Translations under genes and position numbers: made by a program
NCBI GenBank assembly: GCA_964413905.1
Contig: CAYPUG010000001.1
Location: 6,962 to 70,961, forward strand
Source of the DNA: an uncultured Anaerolineae bacterium
Lineage (GTDB): Bacteria > Chloroflexota > Anaerolineae > JAADDB01
Direction: 5' to 3'
Length of the DNA stretch: 64,000 nucleotides
Notes under the pieces: generated by a model
Database searches by the model: none
Seen by the model: the letters and a program-made list of their open reading frames with translations, nothing else
Told to the model about the DNA's origin: nothing
In this document: in pieces, positions 35,440 through 45,393 of the stretch
Layout: the number at the start of each line of letters is the position of its first letter
Numbering within the stretch: the first letter of the stretch is position 1

Positions 35440-38400
35440 GCACGCAGACCAAGCCCATCTATATAGAACCGCCAAGCTGGCGACGTGTTATTCTCACTTT
35501 TATCGTGCTCACTCTGGCCTTGGCCCCTATTCCCTTCCTCCTGAACCACATTCAACGCCAAACCCGGGGCGTGGTGTACGGTGTGCCCCCGCGTATGCCT
35601 CACACCCACGTCCAACCCTACGCGGTCAACGTGGACCTCCGCCCCCTTTCGCCTCCTGAGCGAGATCGAGCCCTCACCCGCGTTGTCCAAGGGGGATTTG
35701 GCTGGGTACGTATACGCTTTCCCTGGTTTGACATTGAGACCGAAGCGGGAAAGTATCACTGGACTCCCTACGACCAAATCGTCCAGGCCGTACACGAGCA
35801 AGGCCTAGGAATCATCGCACTCATTGACGGCACACCGTCCTGGCTGCGTCCGCCCGGGGAAAAGGATAATCCTGTCGTACCCCCCGCGGATCTAGACCTG
35901 TTTGCCCGCTTTGCCGCGACCTTGGCCCGACGCTACGGTGACCGTATCGATTACTATCAAGTGTGGGATCAACCCAACGTCACACCTTTCTGGGGCAACA
36001 AACGGGTAGACCCGGCTGGATACGTACAAATGTTGCGCCGGGTAGGACAAGCCATTCGCGAAGCGGACGAGAGCGCCTACATCCTTAGCGCCGGTCTAGC
36101 CCCTACTACCCTCCACAAGCCGTACAACATGAGCGATATAGATTATTTGGACGCGATGTATCGGGCCGGCGCAAAAGGAACATTCGATATCCTCGGGGCC
36201 AAAGCCTACGACCTTTACCAGAACAGCCCTTGGTCCCGGGACTACTCCCCCGACCACTTAGGCATCACTCGCTTGGTTCTCCTGCGAGAGGTTATGATCC
36301 GCCATCACGATGGGAACACCCCCATTTGGGTGGTCGGATGGGGACGTCACGCAACCCCACCCCATTGGAAAGGACGCCCCAGCATTTGGGGAACGGTAAG
36401 TGAAGAAGAACAAGCTCAATACGTCAAGGACGTGTACCGACGCAAACGTCAAGAATGGCCCTGGCTTGGGCTGCTTACCTGGGATCAATTTTATCCGAAC
36501 GTGCCGCCGGATGACCCGCTATGGGGATTTGCCCTGCTACGCCCCAACTGGCAACCCCGCCCGGTGTACCGTGCGTTTCAGGAACTGACCGCCCCCCCTC
36601 CTCTTATCGGTGTAGGACGCTATGGGCCTAACACGTGGATTTGGCGGTATCCCGATGCTCAATTTCGCCACACCATCCGCGCGGAGGGTAATCGAATCAG
36701 CATCATTGCGCGGGCATTGGTCGCGGTTGAAGCGAGTTTAGACGGCGAAGAGCGGTCCATCCTGCTGGACGCAAACCGCGAACACGTGTTGGGAGACCAC
36801 CTCCCACTTCAACCACACACGTTGGTCTTCCGCTTCGACCCGGCGGGAGTCACCACCCTGCTCATCGGGCGCAACCGTCCACTGGGCCCTTATATCGTGT
36901 TAGGCATACTCGCCATGCTTGCAGTGGGGGCGCTCATCCGGCTGGGACTTTGGGCTACATGGGCTCCCACAGAACCGGTCGTGTATCCCGGGCTTATCGC
37001 CATCTTGACCGTTTTCTACATGATGGCACCGACCTTGTGGACCAGTCTGATCACCTTAATGCTTTTGGCCGGGCTGATCTTCTACCGACCGGATTGGGGA
37101 TTAGTCGCCGCGTTGGGTGTTACACCCTTTGTGGCCGTGCCAAAGCGCCTGGGACACGTACAATTCAGCCTGGTGGAAACGTACATCATCCTGGTCACCC
37201 TGGCGTGGACCCTACGGCTGGCGGGAGAGATGATCATTATCGTCGTCGAGGCTCCAAACGTTCCTTGGCGACTTCGGCTTTACCGGGCGACCCGCGTGCT
37301 GGTCAACCGCGCGGGGCCGCGCAACGCGTTGGATGTGATGGTCCTCCTGTTCGTTCCCTTGGGCGTTTGGGCTGCGTGGGGAGCACGCTATCAAGATGTA
37401 GCCTGGCGAGAGATACGTTGGGTTGTGCTTGAACCCGTTCTCTTCTACGGCATCCTCCGCTCGCGCTGGCGCGACCACATCCATATTGCCCGAAAACACA
37501 TCCCCCAGCGAGCGCGATCCTGGCTATACCGTCACCGTGTGCTGATGACCACGGAGAGTGACATTCCCCAATTCGGCGCGTACCTGGTCAACGGCTTTCT
37601 GTGGGGCAGTAGCCTCGCCGTGCTGATAGGCATCGCGCTGCTCTTTTATCACCCAGAAGGCGCGTACGCGGAAGGGGTGTGGCGATTACGCGGCCTATAC
37701 GGATCACCCAACAACCTAGCGCTCATATTGGGCCGGGCGTTCGCCATCGCGGCCGCTTTGGCGCTGTTCCTGCCCTTTGACCAACCCTCACGTGGTCGTG
37801 GTCCATCGGTGGAAGAAAGAACATGGCCACGCGTGTTACCGGGGCTGCGCCCACGGCAGGGATACGCGGTCCTGGCCGGGTGGATCTTCCTAGGAATAAT
37901 GGGCACGTTCTCACGGGGGGCCCTCCTCGTAGGTCTTCCTGTCACCCTCCTCTTTCTGGGATGGATGCATGGCAAACGGGGAAGGATGTACGCGCTGGTC
38001 GCCATCCTTCTCCTCGCAAGCTTACAAATTCCCCTCTTGACAACCCCGCGCTTCCGCACACTGGTCACGGGCACAGGAACTCCTGCGCTACGCGTGGAAC
38101 TCTGGAGATCGTCCTTGCAAATGATCAAAGATCACTGGTGGAGAGGGGTCGGCCCGGACAATTTTCTATACTACTTCCGCACCCAATATCTCCCGCGACG
38201 AAATTTTCCTGAACCCAACCTCTCCCATCCTCACAACATTCTCCTCCACTTCTGGCTGGAATTCGGCTTTGGAGGAATCCTCTGGCTCGGTGCGACGTTG
38301 TGGCTGTTTTTCCACAAAGTGCAAGAAACCCTTCGCGTCCTGCCAACGCCATCCATGTCCCGCGCACTGGTCCTCGCGGCCGCGGGTGGCATCCTCTACG

Positions 38401-38507
38401 GCATATCCCACGGCCTTGTAGATCAATCCTTTCTCTTACCGGACCTGATGCTCCTGTTCGTTTGGCACCTCGGTATGGTCGCTTCGATTGAAGAACGGCG
38501 TTTGTAA
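35436..38507 (+). CDS. Large membrane protein: an N-terminal TM helix, a GH clan-A-like TIM-barrel domain (with a DQP variant of the NEP motif), a polytopic region and a C-terminal O-antigen ligase/polymerase (Wzy_C) domain
   Basis: The TIM-barrel domain is paralogous to 53386-54825 and to the C-terminus of 54935-58081. The Wzy_C region contains GSRGALLVGLPVTLLFLGW. Start overlaps the cofC stop (ATGA). Confidence 0.65.
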   Translation: MSTQTKPIYIEPPSWRRVILTFIVLTLALAPIPFLLNHIQRQTRGVVYGVPPRMPHTHVQPYAVNVDLRPLSPPERDRALTRVVQGGFGWVRIRFPWFDIETEAGKYHWTPYDQIVQAVHEQGLGIIALIDGTPSWLRPPGEKDNPVVPPADLDLFARFAATLARRYGDRIDYYQVWDQPNVTPFWGNKRVDPAGYVQMLRRVGQAIREADESAYILSAGLAPTTLHKPYNMSDIDYLDAMYRAGAKGTFDILGAKAYDLYQNSPWSRDYSPDHLGITRLVLLREVMIRHHDGNTPIWVVGWGRHATPPHWKGRPSIWGTVSEEEQAQYVKDVYRRKRQEWPWLGLLTWDQFYPNVPPDDPLWGFALLRPNWQPRPVYRAFQELTAPPPLIGVGRYGPNTWIWRYPDAQFRHTIRAEGNRISIIARALVAVEASLDGEERSILLDANREHVLGDHLPLQPHTLVFRFDPAGVTTLLIGRNRPLGPYIVLGILAMLAVGALIRLGLWATWAPTEPVVYPGLIAILTVFYMMAPTLWTSLITLMLLAGLIFYRPDWGLVAALGVTPFVAVPKRLGHVQFSLVETYIILVTLAWTLRLAGEMIIIVVEAPNVPWRLRLYRATRVLVNRAGPRNALDVMVLLFVPLGVWAAWGARYQDVAWREIRWVVLEPVLFYGILRSRWRDHIHIARKHIPQRARSWLYRHRVLMTTESDIPQFGAYLVNGFLWGSSLAVLIGIALLFYHPEGAYAEGVWRLRGLYGSPNNLALILGRAFAIAAALALFLPFDQPSRGRGPSVEERTWPRVLPGLRPRQGYAVLAGWIFLGIMGTFSRGALLVGLPVTLLFLGWMHGKRGRMYALVAILLLASLQIPLLTTPRFRTLVTGTGTPALRVELWRSSLQMIKDHWWRGVGPDNFLYYFRTQYLPRRNFPEPNLSHPHNILLHFWLEFGFGGILWLGATLWLFFHKVQETLRVLPTPSMSRALVLAAAGGILYGISHGLVDQSFLLPDLMLLFVWHLGMVASIEERRL

Positions 38508-38541
38508 GAGCGCGGCAATTTTCGCTATTCTTACTTTCAAA

Positions 38542-38569
38542 ATTGACAGAACCCTCCGAACTTCTATAA
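38542..38569 (+). promoter_or_regulatory. Consensus sigma-70-type promoter, TTGACA-N16-TATAAT, upstream of sufR
   Basis: TTGACA at 38542-38547 and TATAAT at 38564-38569, about 120 nt upstream of the sufR GTG. Confidence 0.6.
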
Positions 38570-38692
38570 TGGAACAAAAATCAGAGAGGAGCGGAGGGGG
38601 CTCATCGCATGGGCCTTGGCTGAAACAGGCCGGGGAAATCGGTCGCTACCATGAGGTACAAGGTAATACGTATTGGAACAGGAGCATGAGAC

Positions 38693-39322
38693 GTGACATT
38701 AGAAAAGTGGAGAGACACGGCCGCGGGGCAAGTCCTGGAAGTGCTTCTCCGGGAAGGGCCGAGGACGGTGAAGGAATTGCAGACATCTTTGGGACTCAGT
38801 GGGACGGCTATTCGCGCTCATTTATCGCGCTTGTTGGCCGAAGGTCTTATTGAAGTTCACACTGAACGGCATGGCGTGGGACGGCCCATTAAAGTGTACA
38901 CGTTGACCCCTCAGGCCCGAGCCGTCATGGGCCGCCACACCGACGCGTTTATCACCGCCTTGCTGGAAGAACTCTACCAGATGGAAGGAGAGGAAAAAGT
39001 TCGGCATCTTCTCCAGCGTGTATCACACCGCTTGGCGACAAAGTACCGAGACCAAATTCGAGGACGCACCATCGAAGAACGGGTGCGAACTTTGACCCAC
39101 CTACTCAACGAACAGGGCATCGTTGCGGACATGGTCGTCAACGGAGACCGCATTGAAATTCACGAATACACTTGTCCGTACCACGAACTTGCACACCAAC
39201 ACCGAAGCGTATGCGAGATGGAGCGCAGTATTATGTCCACCATGCTTGGCGTTCCGGTCTCCATGCGTCAATGCATGATGGAAGAAGATAAGGAATGTGT
39301 GTTTGAAATCCAAATATCTTAA
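38693..39322 (+). CDS. sufR: SufR-like Fe-S-responsive transcriptional regulator (winged HTH plus a C-terminal Cys cluster), GTG start
   Basis: HTH (VKELQTSLGLSGTAIRAHLSRLLAEGLI) and a C-terminal C..C..C..C. Lies directly upstream of sufCBDSU. Confidence 0.6.
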   Translation: MTLEKWRDTAAGQVLEVLLREGPRTVKELQTSLGLSGTAIRAHLSRLLAEGLIEVHTERHGVGRPIKVYTLTPQARAVMGRHTDAFITALLEELYQMEGEEKVRHLLQRVSHRLATKYRDQIRGRTIEERVRTLTHLLNEQGIVADMVVNGDRIEIHEYTCPYHELAHQHRSVCEMERSIMSTMLGVPVSMRQCMMEEDKECVFEIQIS

Positions 39323-39358
39323 ACCTATAACTTATCCAACCCCTTAGAAAGGAGAGAA

Positions 39359-40174
39359 GTGTTCGCTATGACAAGCGTATTGGAAATCCGAGATCTTCAT
39401 GCAGGCATCGAAGGCAAGGAAATTCTAAAAGGCGTGAATCTCACCCTACGCCAAGGGGAAATCCACGCGCTGATGGGCCCGAATGGGTCGGGCAAGAGCA
39501 CACTGGCCTACGTGATCATGGGCCACCCACAATATGAGGTGTATCGGGGCGATATTCTCCTGGACGGGAAAAGCATTCTGGACATGGAACCGGATGAGCG
39601 GGCCCGTGCAGGCATTTTCCTGGCCTTCCAGTACCCCGTCGCCATCCCCGGGGTAACATTGGCGCATTTCCTACGTCAGGCTGTGAGCGCAGTCCGGGGG
39701 TACACCGCGCAGAAGGATGACAGCGCGCCCATCGGGTCAAACCTGATGCCCATGCGAGAGTTCCGACAGGAACTGACGGAAAAAATGCAGATGCTGGGCA
39801 TTGACCCGTCCTTCGCCCGCCGTTACCTGAACGAAGGGTTCAGCGGTGGGGAGAAGAAGCGCGTCGAGATCCTCCAACTCGCGATGCTAAAACCCAAATT
39901 CGCCATCCTGGACGAGACCGACTCCGGGCTGGACATCGACGCGGTGCGGGCTGTGGCCGAAGGCGTGAACCGATTGGTGGGCCCTGATTTGGGTGTGCTC
40001 ATCATCACCCACTACCAACGCATCCTGAATTACATCCGCCCCCATCACGTGCACGTCTTCTACGACGGCCGTATTGTCCTCTCCGGTGGGCCGGAATTGG
40101 CCGAAGAACTGGAGGCTAAGGGGTATGACTGGATTCGGCAGCAATTCGGCGCTCAACCGGAACCGGTTGCCTGA
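39359..40174 (+). CDS. sufC: Fe-S cluster assembly ATPase SufC
   Basis: [31 protein letters not shown]. Confidence 0.9.
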   Translation: MFAMTSVLEIRDLHAGIEGKEILKGVNLTLRQGEIHALMGPNGSGKSTLAYVIMGHPQYEVYRGDILLDGKSILDMEPDERARAGIFLAFQYPVAIPGVTLAHFLRQAVSAVRGYTAQKDDSAPIGSNLMPMREFRQELTEKMQMLGIDPSFARRYLNEGFSGGEKKRVEILQLAMLKPKFAILDETDSGLDIDAVRAVAEGVNRLVGPDLGVLIITHYQRILNYIRPHHVHVFYDGRIVLSGGPELAEELEAKGYDWIRQQFGAQPEPVA

Positions 40175-40303
40175 GATAGAAGGCCGAAGGGACACCCCGG
40201 TCGACCGACACGACGCCACGGATGCATGTTGGCTTAAAACGACATGCATCGGTCCATCAGAAGAACTTTTTACGTTGAGGTCCATGTGAAGGAGGCAACA
40301 GGT

Positions 40304-41725
40304 ATGGCAACAAAGAGCGATAAGGAATTGTTGGAAGGGTTGAAGGAGGATTACGCGGAGCGATACGGCTTTCACGATGACGTGGAGTACGTGTTCAAAC
40401 CTCGTAAGGGGCTCGACCACGAAATCATCGATATCATTTCCGACATCAAGGGCGAGCCGGACTGGATGCGTCAATTCCGGCACAAGGCCCTGGATATATT
40501 CTGGTCTAAGCCCATGCCCACGTGGGGCGCGGACCTCTCCGGCATTGACTTTGACGACATATATTACTACATCAAGCCCACGGACCACCAGGCCCATTCC
40601 TGGGATGAGGTGCCCGAGGAGATCAAACGCACCTTCGACCGCCTGGGCATCCCCGAAGCTGAACGAAAATTCCTGGCCGGCGTGGGCGCGCAGTACGATA
40701 GCGAAGTGGTGTATCACTCCCTCAAAGAACAATGGGAGAAGCAGGGCATCATCTTCCTGGATACGGATACCGCGTTGAAGAAGTATCCCGATTTGTTCCG
40801 AGAATACTTCGCGACGGTGGTGCCCCCCAACGATAATAAATTTGCCGCGCTCAACAGCGCGGTCTGGTCGGGCGGGACCTTTATTTACGTACCCGAAGGC
40901 GTCCACGTGGACATCCCCTTGCAGGCGTACTTCCGTATTAACGCGCAAAACCTCGGCCAGTTCGAACGCACGCTGATCATCGCGGAGAAGGGGAGCTTCG
41001 TCCATTACGTGGAGGGATGCACGGCCCCCATCTACTCCAAGGACAGCCTGCATGCGGCTGTGGTGGAGATCATCGTCAAAGAGGGGGCACGCGTGCGCTA
41101 CTCCACCATCCAGAATTGGTCCCACAACGTGTACAACTTGGTGACCAAGCGAGCGGTCGCGTATGAAGGTGCGACCATGGAATGGGTGGACGGGAACCTG
41201 GGCTCCAAAGTGACGATGAAATACCCCGCGGTAATCCTGCGCGGACCCAAAGCCCACGGTGAAGTGCTCTCCATTGCCTTCGCGGGCCGGGGCCAGCACC
41301 AGGACGCGGGCGCGAAGATCATTCACGCCGCGCCTTACACCACCAGCCGGGTCATCTCCAAGTCCATCAGCAAGGACGGCGGACGTGCGTCATATCGCGG
41401 GTTGCTCAAAGTCACCCGCGGCGCACACCACGCCAAAGCCAACGTCGTATGTGACGCCTTACTTTTAGACCCTCAATCCCGATCGGACACGTATCCGTAC
41501 ATCGAGATCGCCGAAGATGACGTGGAGATCGGCCACGAGGCATCGGTGAGCAAGATCGGTGAGGAGCAACTCTTTTACTTGATGAGCCGAGGGCTGAGCG
41601 AGGAAGAGGCCACGGCCATGATTGTCGCGGGCTTTATCGAGCCCATGACCAAGGAACTTCCTATGGAGTACGCCATTGAACTGAACCGGCTCATCCAACT
41701 TCAGATGGAAGGCTCCATAGGGTAA
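40304..41725 (+). CDS. sufB: Fe-S cluster assembly protein SufB
   Basis: Full-length SufB similarity. GAAGGAGG Shine-Dalgarno before MATKSDKE. Confidence 0.9.
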   Translation: MATKSDKELLEGLKEDYAERYGFHDDVEYVFKPRKGLDHEIIDIISDIKGEPDWMRQFRHKALDIFWSKPMPTWGADLSGIDFDDIYYYIKPTDHQAHSWDEVPEEIKRTFDRLGIPEAERKFLAGVGAQYDSEVVYHSLKEQWEKQGIIFLDTDTALKKYPDLFREYFATVVPPNDNKFAALNSAVWSGGTFIYVPEGVHVDIPLQAYFRINAQNLGQFERTLIIAEKGSFVHYVEGCTAPIYSKDSLHAAVVEIIVKEGARVRYSTIQNWSHNVYNLVTKRAVAYEGATMEWVDGNLGSKVTMKYPAVILRGPKAHGEVLSIAFAGRGQHQDAGAKIIHAAPYTTSRVISKSISKDGGRASYRGLLKVTRGAHHAKANVVCDALLLDPQSRSDTYPYIEIAEDDVEIGHEASVSKIGEEQLFYLMSRGLSEEEATAMIVAGFIEPMTKELPMEYAIELNRLIQLQMEGSIG

Positions 41726-41784
41726 ATCGAGAAAACTCCGCAAAGGAGGAAATTTGAACATCGCGCACAGGAGGCCATATACCC

Positions 41785-43134
41785 GTGAAGAGCACACGAA
41801 CGGTAGATACAATATTCAGCCAAGACGCGGTGAAGGCGCTCTCGGAAATGTTGGACGAACCGGGCTGGATGCTGGACTTGCGCCTGACCGCGTGGCGCAT
41901 CTTTGAGGAGATGCCTTGGCCTACGGGCAAAGAAGAAACATGGCGGAGGACTTCTCTCCGAGGGTTCCAATTGGAGGCGTTTCGCCCCTTTGTGGTCGAT
42001 GAGCGGGCCGAAGTCGCACACGAGGAGGATCTAGCCCGAATTTACCGAGATCACTTGGCCGAACTCACTTCCGCGGGCGAACTGGTCATGGTGGACGGTC
42101 AGGCCCTTTACCATCATTTGCAAGAGGACCTGACCGCGCAAGGTGTTATCTACACAGACCTCCACACGGCCGTACGGGAATACCCAGACTTGGTAAAGGA
42201 AACCTTTGCCCAAAATGTTCCCATCGATGCGAACAAATTTGCAGCGCTTCATTACGCATTTTGGCACGGGGGGACGTTTATTTACGTGCCCCGAAATGTG
42301 CATGTCACCTTACCCCTCCAAACGATTGCTCGATTGACCACGCCCGGATTGGCCGGTTTCTATCACACCATCGTCCTGGTTGAAGAAGGAGGGGCGGTCA
42401 CAGTCATGGAGGATTTCTTTGGCGGCGAGAGGGGAATGCACGCGGGCGTGGTGGAACTCTACCCCGGACCCAACAGTGATTTGAACTATGTCCACGTGCA
42501 GAATTGGGATCTCAGCTTGTGGAACTTCAGCACCCAACACATCGTCGCCAAACGGGATGCACGCGTCACCCACCTTATCGCGTCCTGGGGCAGTCGGTTG
42601 AGTAAGACGTGGATCACCCTGGACATGGTGGAACCCGGCGCGCAAGGCCAACTCCTGGGGCTGTACTTCACTACGGACAGTCAACACATCGATCACCACA
42701 CCATGCAACATCACAAAGCCCCCCGGTGTAGCAGCGACTTGCTTTACAAAGGGGCACTTCAGGATACGAGTAGATCGGTGTATCAGGGATACATTAAAGT
42801 GTGGCCGGGCGCACAGAAGACCGACGCGTACCAAGCCAATCGCAACCTCCTCCTGGACGGCCGGGCACGCGCGGACTCTATCCCCGGTTTGGAAATTGAA
42901 GCGGACGACGTACGATGCACGCACGGCGCAACCGCCGGACAAATTCCTGAAGAGTACATCTTCTACTTGCAGAGCCGCGGTTTGGATAGAAAGCAAGCCG
43001 AGCGATTGGTAGTGAGCGGATTTTTCGAGGAAGTCTTAGACCGCATCTATAATAAGGATGTGCAACGGAAGTTAGAGTGGACAATCGCCGAACGACTGGG
43101 CGTAGAACTGGCGGACGTGTGGCAAGAGGAATAG
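41785..43134 (+). CDS. sufD: Fe-S cluster assembly protein SufD
   Basis: SufB/SufD beta-helix family; follows sufB. GTG start. Confidence 0.8.
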   Translation: MKSTRTVDTIFSQDAVKALSEMLDEPGWMLDLRLTAWRIFEEMPWPTGKEETWRRTSLRGFQLEAFRPFVVDERAEVAHEEDLARIYRDHLAELTSAGELVMVDGQALYHHLQEDLTAQGVIYTDLHTAVREYPDLVKETFAQNVPIDANKFAALHYAFWHGGTFIYVPRNVHVTLPLQTIARLTTPGLAGFYHTIVLVEEGGAVTVMEDFFGGERGMHAGVVELYPGPNSDLNYVHVQNWDLSLWNFSTQHIVAKRDARVTHLIASWGSRLSKTWITLDMVEPGAQGQLLGLYFTTDSQHIDHHTMQHHKAPRCSSDLLYKGALQDTSRSVYQGYIKVWPGAQKTDAYQANRNLLLDGRARADSIPGLEIEADDVRCTHGATAGQIPEEYIFYLQSRGLDRKQAERLVVSGFFEEVLDRIYNKDVQRKLEWTIAERLGVELADVWQEE

Positions 43135-43199
43135 CATCCAAGGCGGGAAAAAGTGCCTTCTCCTTGGATGTTCACGCATATTCCAACAAGAGGGTGAGC

Positions 43200-44432
43200 A
43201 TGAACACATCGATAAATGTCCAACGTATCCGTGAGGATTTTCCCGTGCTCCAACAGGAGATTTACGGAAAACCCCTCACGTTCCTGGACAGCACGGCTTC
43301 AGCGCAGAAGCCGCGCCAGGTCATCGACGCCATGAACGAAATGTACACCCGGTACTACGCCAACGTCCACCGGGGTATCTACTACCTGAGCGAAAAGGCC
43401 ACGGAACTGTATGAGGAAGCTCGGCGTAAGATTGCACGCTTTATTAACGCCCGCTCCTGGCGGGAGGTGGTGTACGTGCGCAATGCGACCGAAGCTATCA
43501 ACCTGGTGGCCTACGCGTGGGGGTTGAACAACCTAAAGCCCGGGGATGAAATCCTGGTCACGGAAATGGAACACCACGCGAACATTGTGCCGTGGCAGTT
43601 GGTGTGCGAGCGCACCGGCGCCACCCTGCGTTGGGTGCCCATCCGGGATGACGGAACGTTGGACATGGACGCGTTGGATCGCCTGCTTACGGAACGCACC
43701 CGCCTGTTTGCCTTCACGGCCATGTCCAACGTGCTGGGCACCCAAACGCCTGTCCAAGAACTGGTAGAACGAGCCCACGCGGTGGGTGCGCTGGCCCTGG
43801 TCGATGGCGCGCAGAGCGTCCCCCACCTCCCTACGGATGTTCGAGCCTGGGATTGTGACTTCCTGGCGTTCTCGGGGCACAAAATGCTGGGCCCGACGGG
43901 CATCGGCGTCTTGTACGCCAAGCGGGAACTCCTGGAAGCGATGCCTCCGTTCCTCGCAGGAGGTGACATGATTCGCACGGTCACTTTTGAGAAAACCACC
44001 TGGAACGATGTGCCCTATAAGTTCGAGGCAGGGACCCCCGCGGTGGCCGAAGCGGTGGGCCTGGGCGCTGCCGTGGACTACCTTACGAACATCGGCATGG
44101 AAAACATCCTCGCCCACGAGCACCACATTGTGCGCTACGCGTTTGAGCGCCTGCAGGAGGTGGAAGGGCTGCGCATCCTAGGGCCGGGCCCGGATCAACG
44201 CGGGGGAGTGATCGCGTTCACCCTGGCCGCGGCTCATCCCCATGACGTGGCCGCCATCCTCGATCGGGAAGGGATCGCAGTCCGTGCCGGACACCACTGC
44301 GCGCAACCTGTCCATGATCATTACGGCATCGCGGCTACCACCCGGGCCAGTTTCTACATCTACAACGACGAAGCAGATGTAGACCGCCTGGTGGCAGCAC
44401 TGCATCGAGTTGTCGAAATCTTGGGGAGTTAA
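43200..44432 (+). CDS. sufS: Cysteine desulfurase SufS
   Basis: PLP fold with SGHKMLGPTGIGVLY and the active-site Cys region RAGHHCAQP. Confidence 0.9.
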   Translation: MNTSINVQRIREDFPVLQQEIYGKPLTFLDSTASAQKPRQVIDAMNEMYTRYYANVHRGIYYLSEKATELYEEARRKIARFINARSWREVVYVRNATEAINLVAYAWGLNNLKPGDEILVTEMEHHANIVPWQLVCERTGATLRWVPIRDDGTLDMDALDRLLTERTRLFAFTAMSNVLGTQTPVQELVERAHAVGALALVDGAQSVPHLPTDVRAWDCDFLAFSGHKMLGPTGIGVLYAKRELLEAMPPFLAGGDMIRTVTFEKTTWNDVPYKFEAGTPAVAEAVGLGAAVDYLTNIGMENILAHEHHIVRYAFERLQEVEGLRILGPGPDQRGGVIAFTLAAAHPHDVAAILDREGIAVRAGHHCAQPVHDHYGIAATTRASFYIYNDEADVDRLVAALHRVVEILGS

Positions 44433-44433
44433 C

Positions 44434-44823
44434 ATGTACGACCTCTACGCAGAAGAAATCCTAGACCATTACAAATTTCCCCGCAACAAGGGGAAAATGG
44501 ATAACCCCGACCTGGTGTACCACGATGAAAACCCCGTATGCGGGGACGAAATCACCATCATGCTCAAAGTGGAAGACGGTCGGGTCGTCGATGTGAAGTG
44601 GGAAGGCCGGGGCTGCACCATCAGTCAGGCATCCGCTTCTATGCTCTCGGAAGAGGTAAAAGGGAAAACCTTGGAAGAACTACGCCACTGGGGCAAGGAA
44701 GAGGTGCTGGACCTGTTGGGGATTCCCCTCGGCCCTGTACGTTTAAAATGTGCGCTTTTGCCGCTCAAAGCCCTGAAGGCCGCGGCTTGGGGTATCACAT
44801 CCTGGCCGGATGAGGAGGAATGA
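44434..44823 (+). CDS. sufU: SufU/IscU-like sulfur-transfer scaffold protein
   Basis: NPVCGDEITI ... GRGCTISQAS ... CALLP motifs. Confidence 0.85.
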   Translation: MYDLYAEEILDHYKFPRNKGKMDNPDLVYHDENPVCGDEITIMLKVEDGRVVDVKWEGRGCTISQASASMLSEEVKGKTLEELRHWGKEEVLDLLGIPLGPVRLKCALLPLKALKAAAWGITSWPDEEE

Positions 44824-44827
44824 GTTT

Positions 44828-44862
44828 CGTGGGATGTTCGCTAAAGGCGGAAACATCCCACG
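44828..44862 (+). terminator. GC-rich hairpin (copy B1 of the GTGGG...CCCAC hairpin family) 5 nt after the sufU stop, followed by a U/C-rich tract. Probable intrinsic terminator.
   Basis: CGTGGGATGTTCGC-taaag-GCGGAAACATCCCACG, then ACCTTTCTCCTCCTCTT. Confidence 0.5.
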
Positions 44863-44876
44863 ACCTTTCTCCTCCT

Positions 44877-44989
44877 CTTGATATATCGCCCAGGCTTAAA
44901 AGGAGAAGAGGGTGTGATTTTCGCCGCCTTCGGCGGTGAAAATCACACAAATCTCTACTCTTTCTTTACGTGATATATCAATCCATCAG
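44877..44989. repeat. MITE-like element copy B, with the central hairpin at 44912-44948
   Basis: The left arm CCTCCTCTTGATATATCG ... AAAAGGAGAAGAGGG and the right arm TCTTTACGTGATATATCAATCCATCAG are collinear with copy A. The hairpin GTGTGATTTTCGCCGCC-TTC-GGCGGTGAAAATCACAC shows compensatory changes relative to copy A. Confidence 0.65.
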
Positions 44990-45031
44990 CAGCCATGAGC
45001 CAAAAACCATACAGGAGGATAGAGTAAGACG

Positions 45032-45382
45032 ATGACAGAACAGCAACAGCAGCAGACTACAGAAGCATTTAACGTCACCGAAGATGACGTGCGCGAGGTC
45101 ATCCGCGAACACGTGTACGATCCGGAGATCGGCATCAACATCGTGGACCTAGGGCTGGTGTACGACATTAAGGTTCTGCCCGAAGAGCGCAAGGCCATCA
45201 TCACCATGACGTTAACCGCACCCGGATGTCCGGTGGGCCCTCAAATCCTGGCCAGCACCGAAGGGTGGGTACGGGAGAAATTTCCGGAACTGGAAGACGT
45301 CGAAATTAACCTCGTATGGTCACCTCCTTGGAACCCCTCTATGATGAGCGACGAGGCCAAAGACATGCTAGGAATTTACTAG
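45032..45382 (+). CDS. DUF59/MIP18-family Fe-S cluster assembly factor (SufT-like)
   Basis: Conserved DPEIGINIVDLGLVY ... TLTAPGCP motif. Confidence 0.8.
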   Translation: MTEQQQQQTTEAFNVTEDDVREVIREHVYDPEIGINIVDLGLVYDIKVLPEERKAIITMTLTAPGCPVGPQILASTEGWVREKFPELEDVEINLVWSPPWNPSMMSDEAKDMLGIY

Positions 45383-45393
45383 AGGACGCGCCT

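Noticed and set aside
39887-41326. 479-aa minus-strand ORF
   Set aside because: Antisense to sufC/sufB, which have unambiguous homology on the plus strand.
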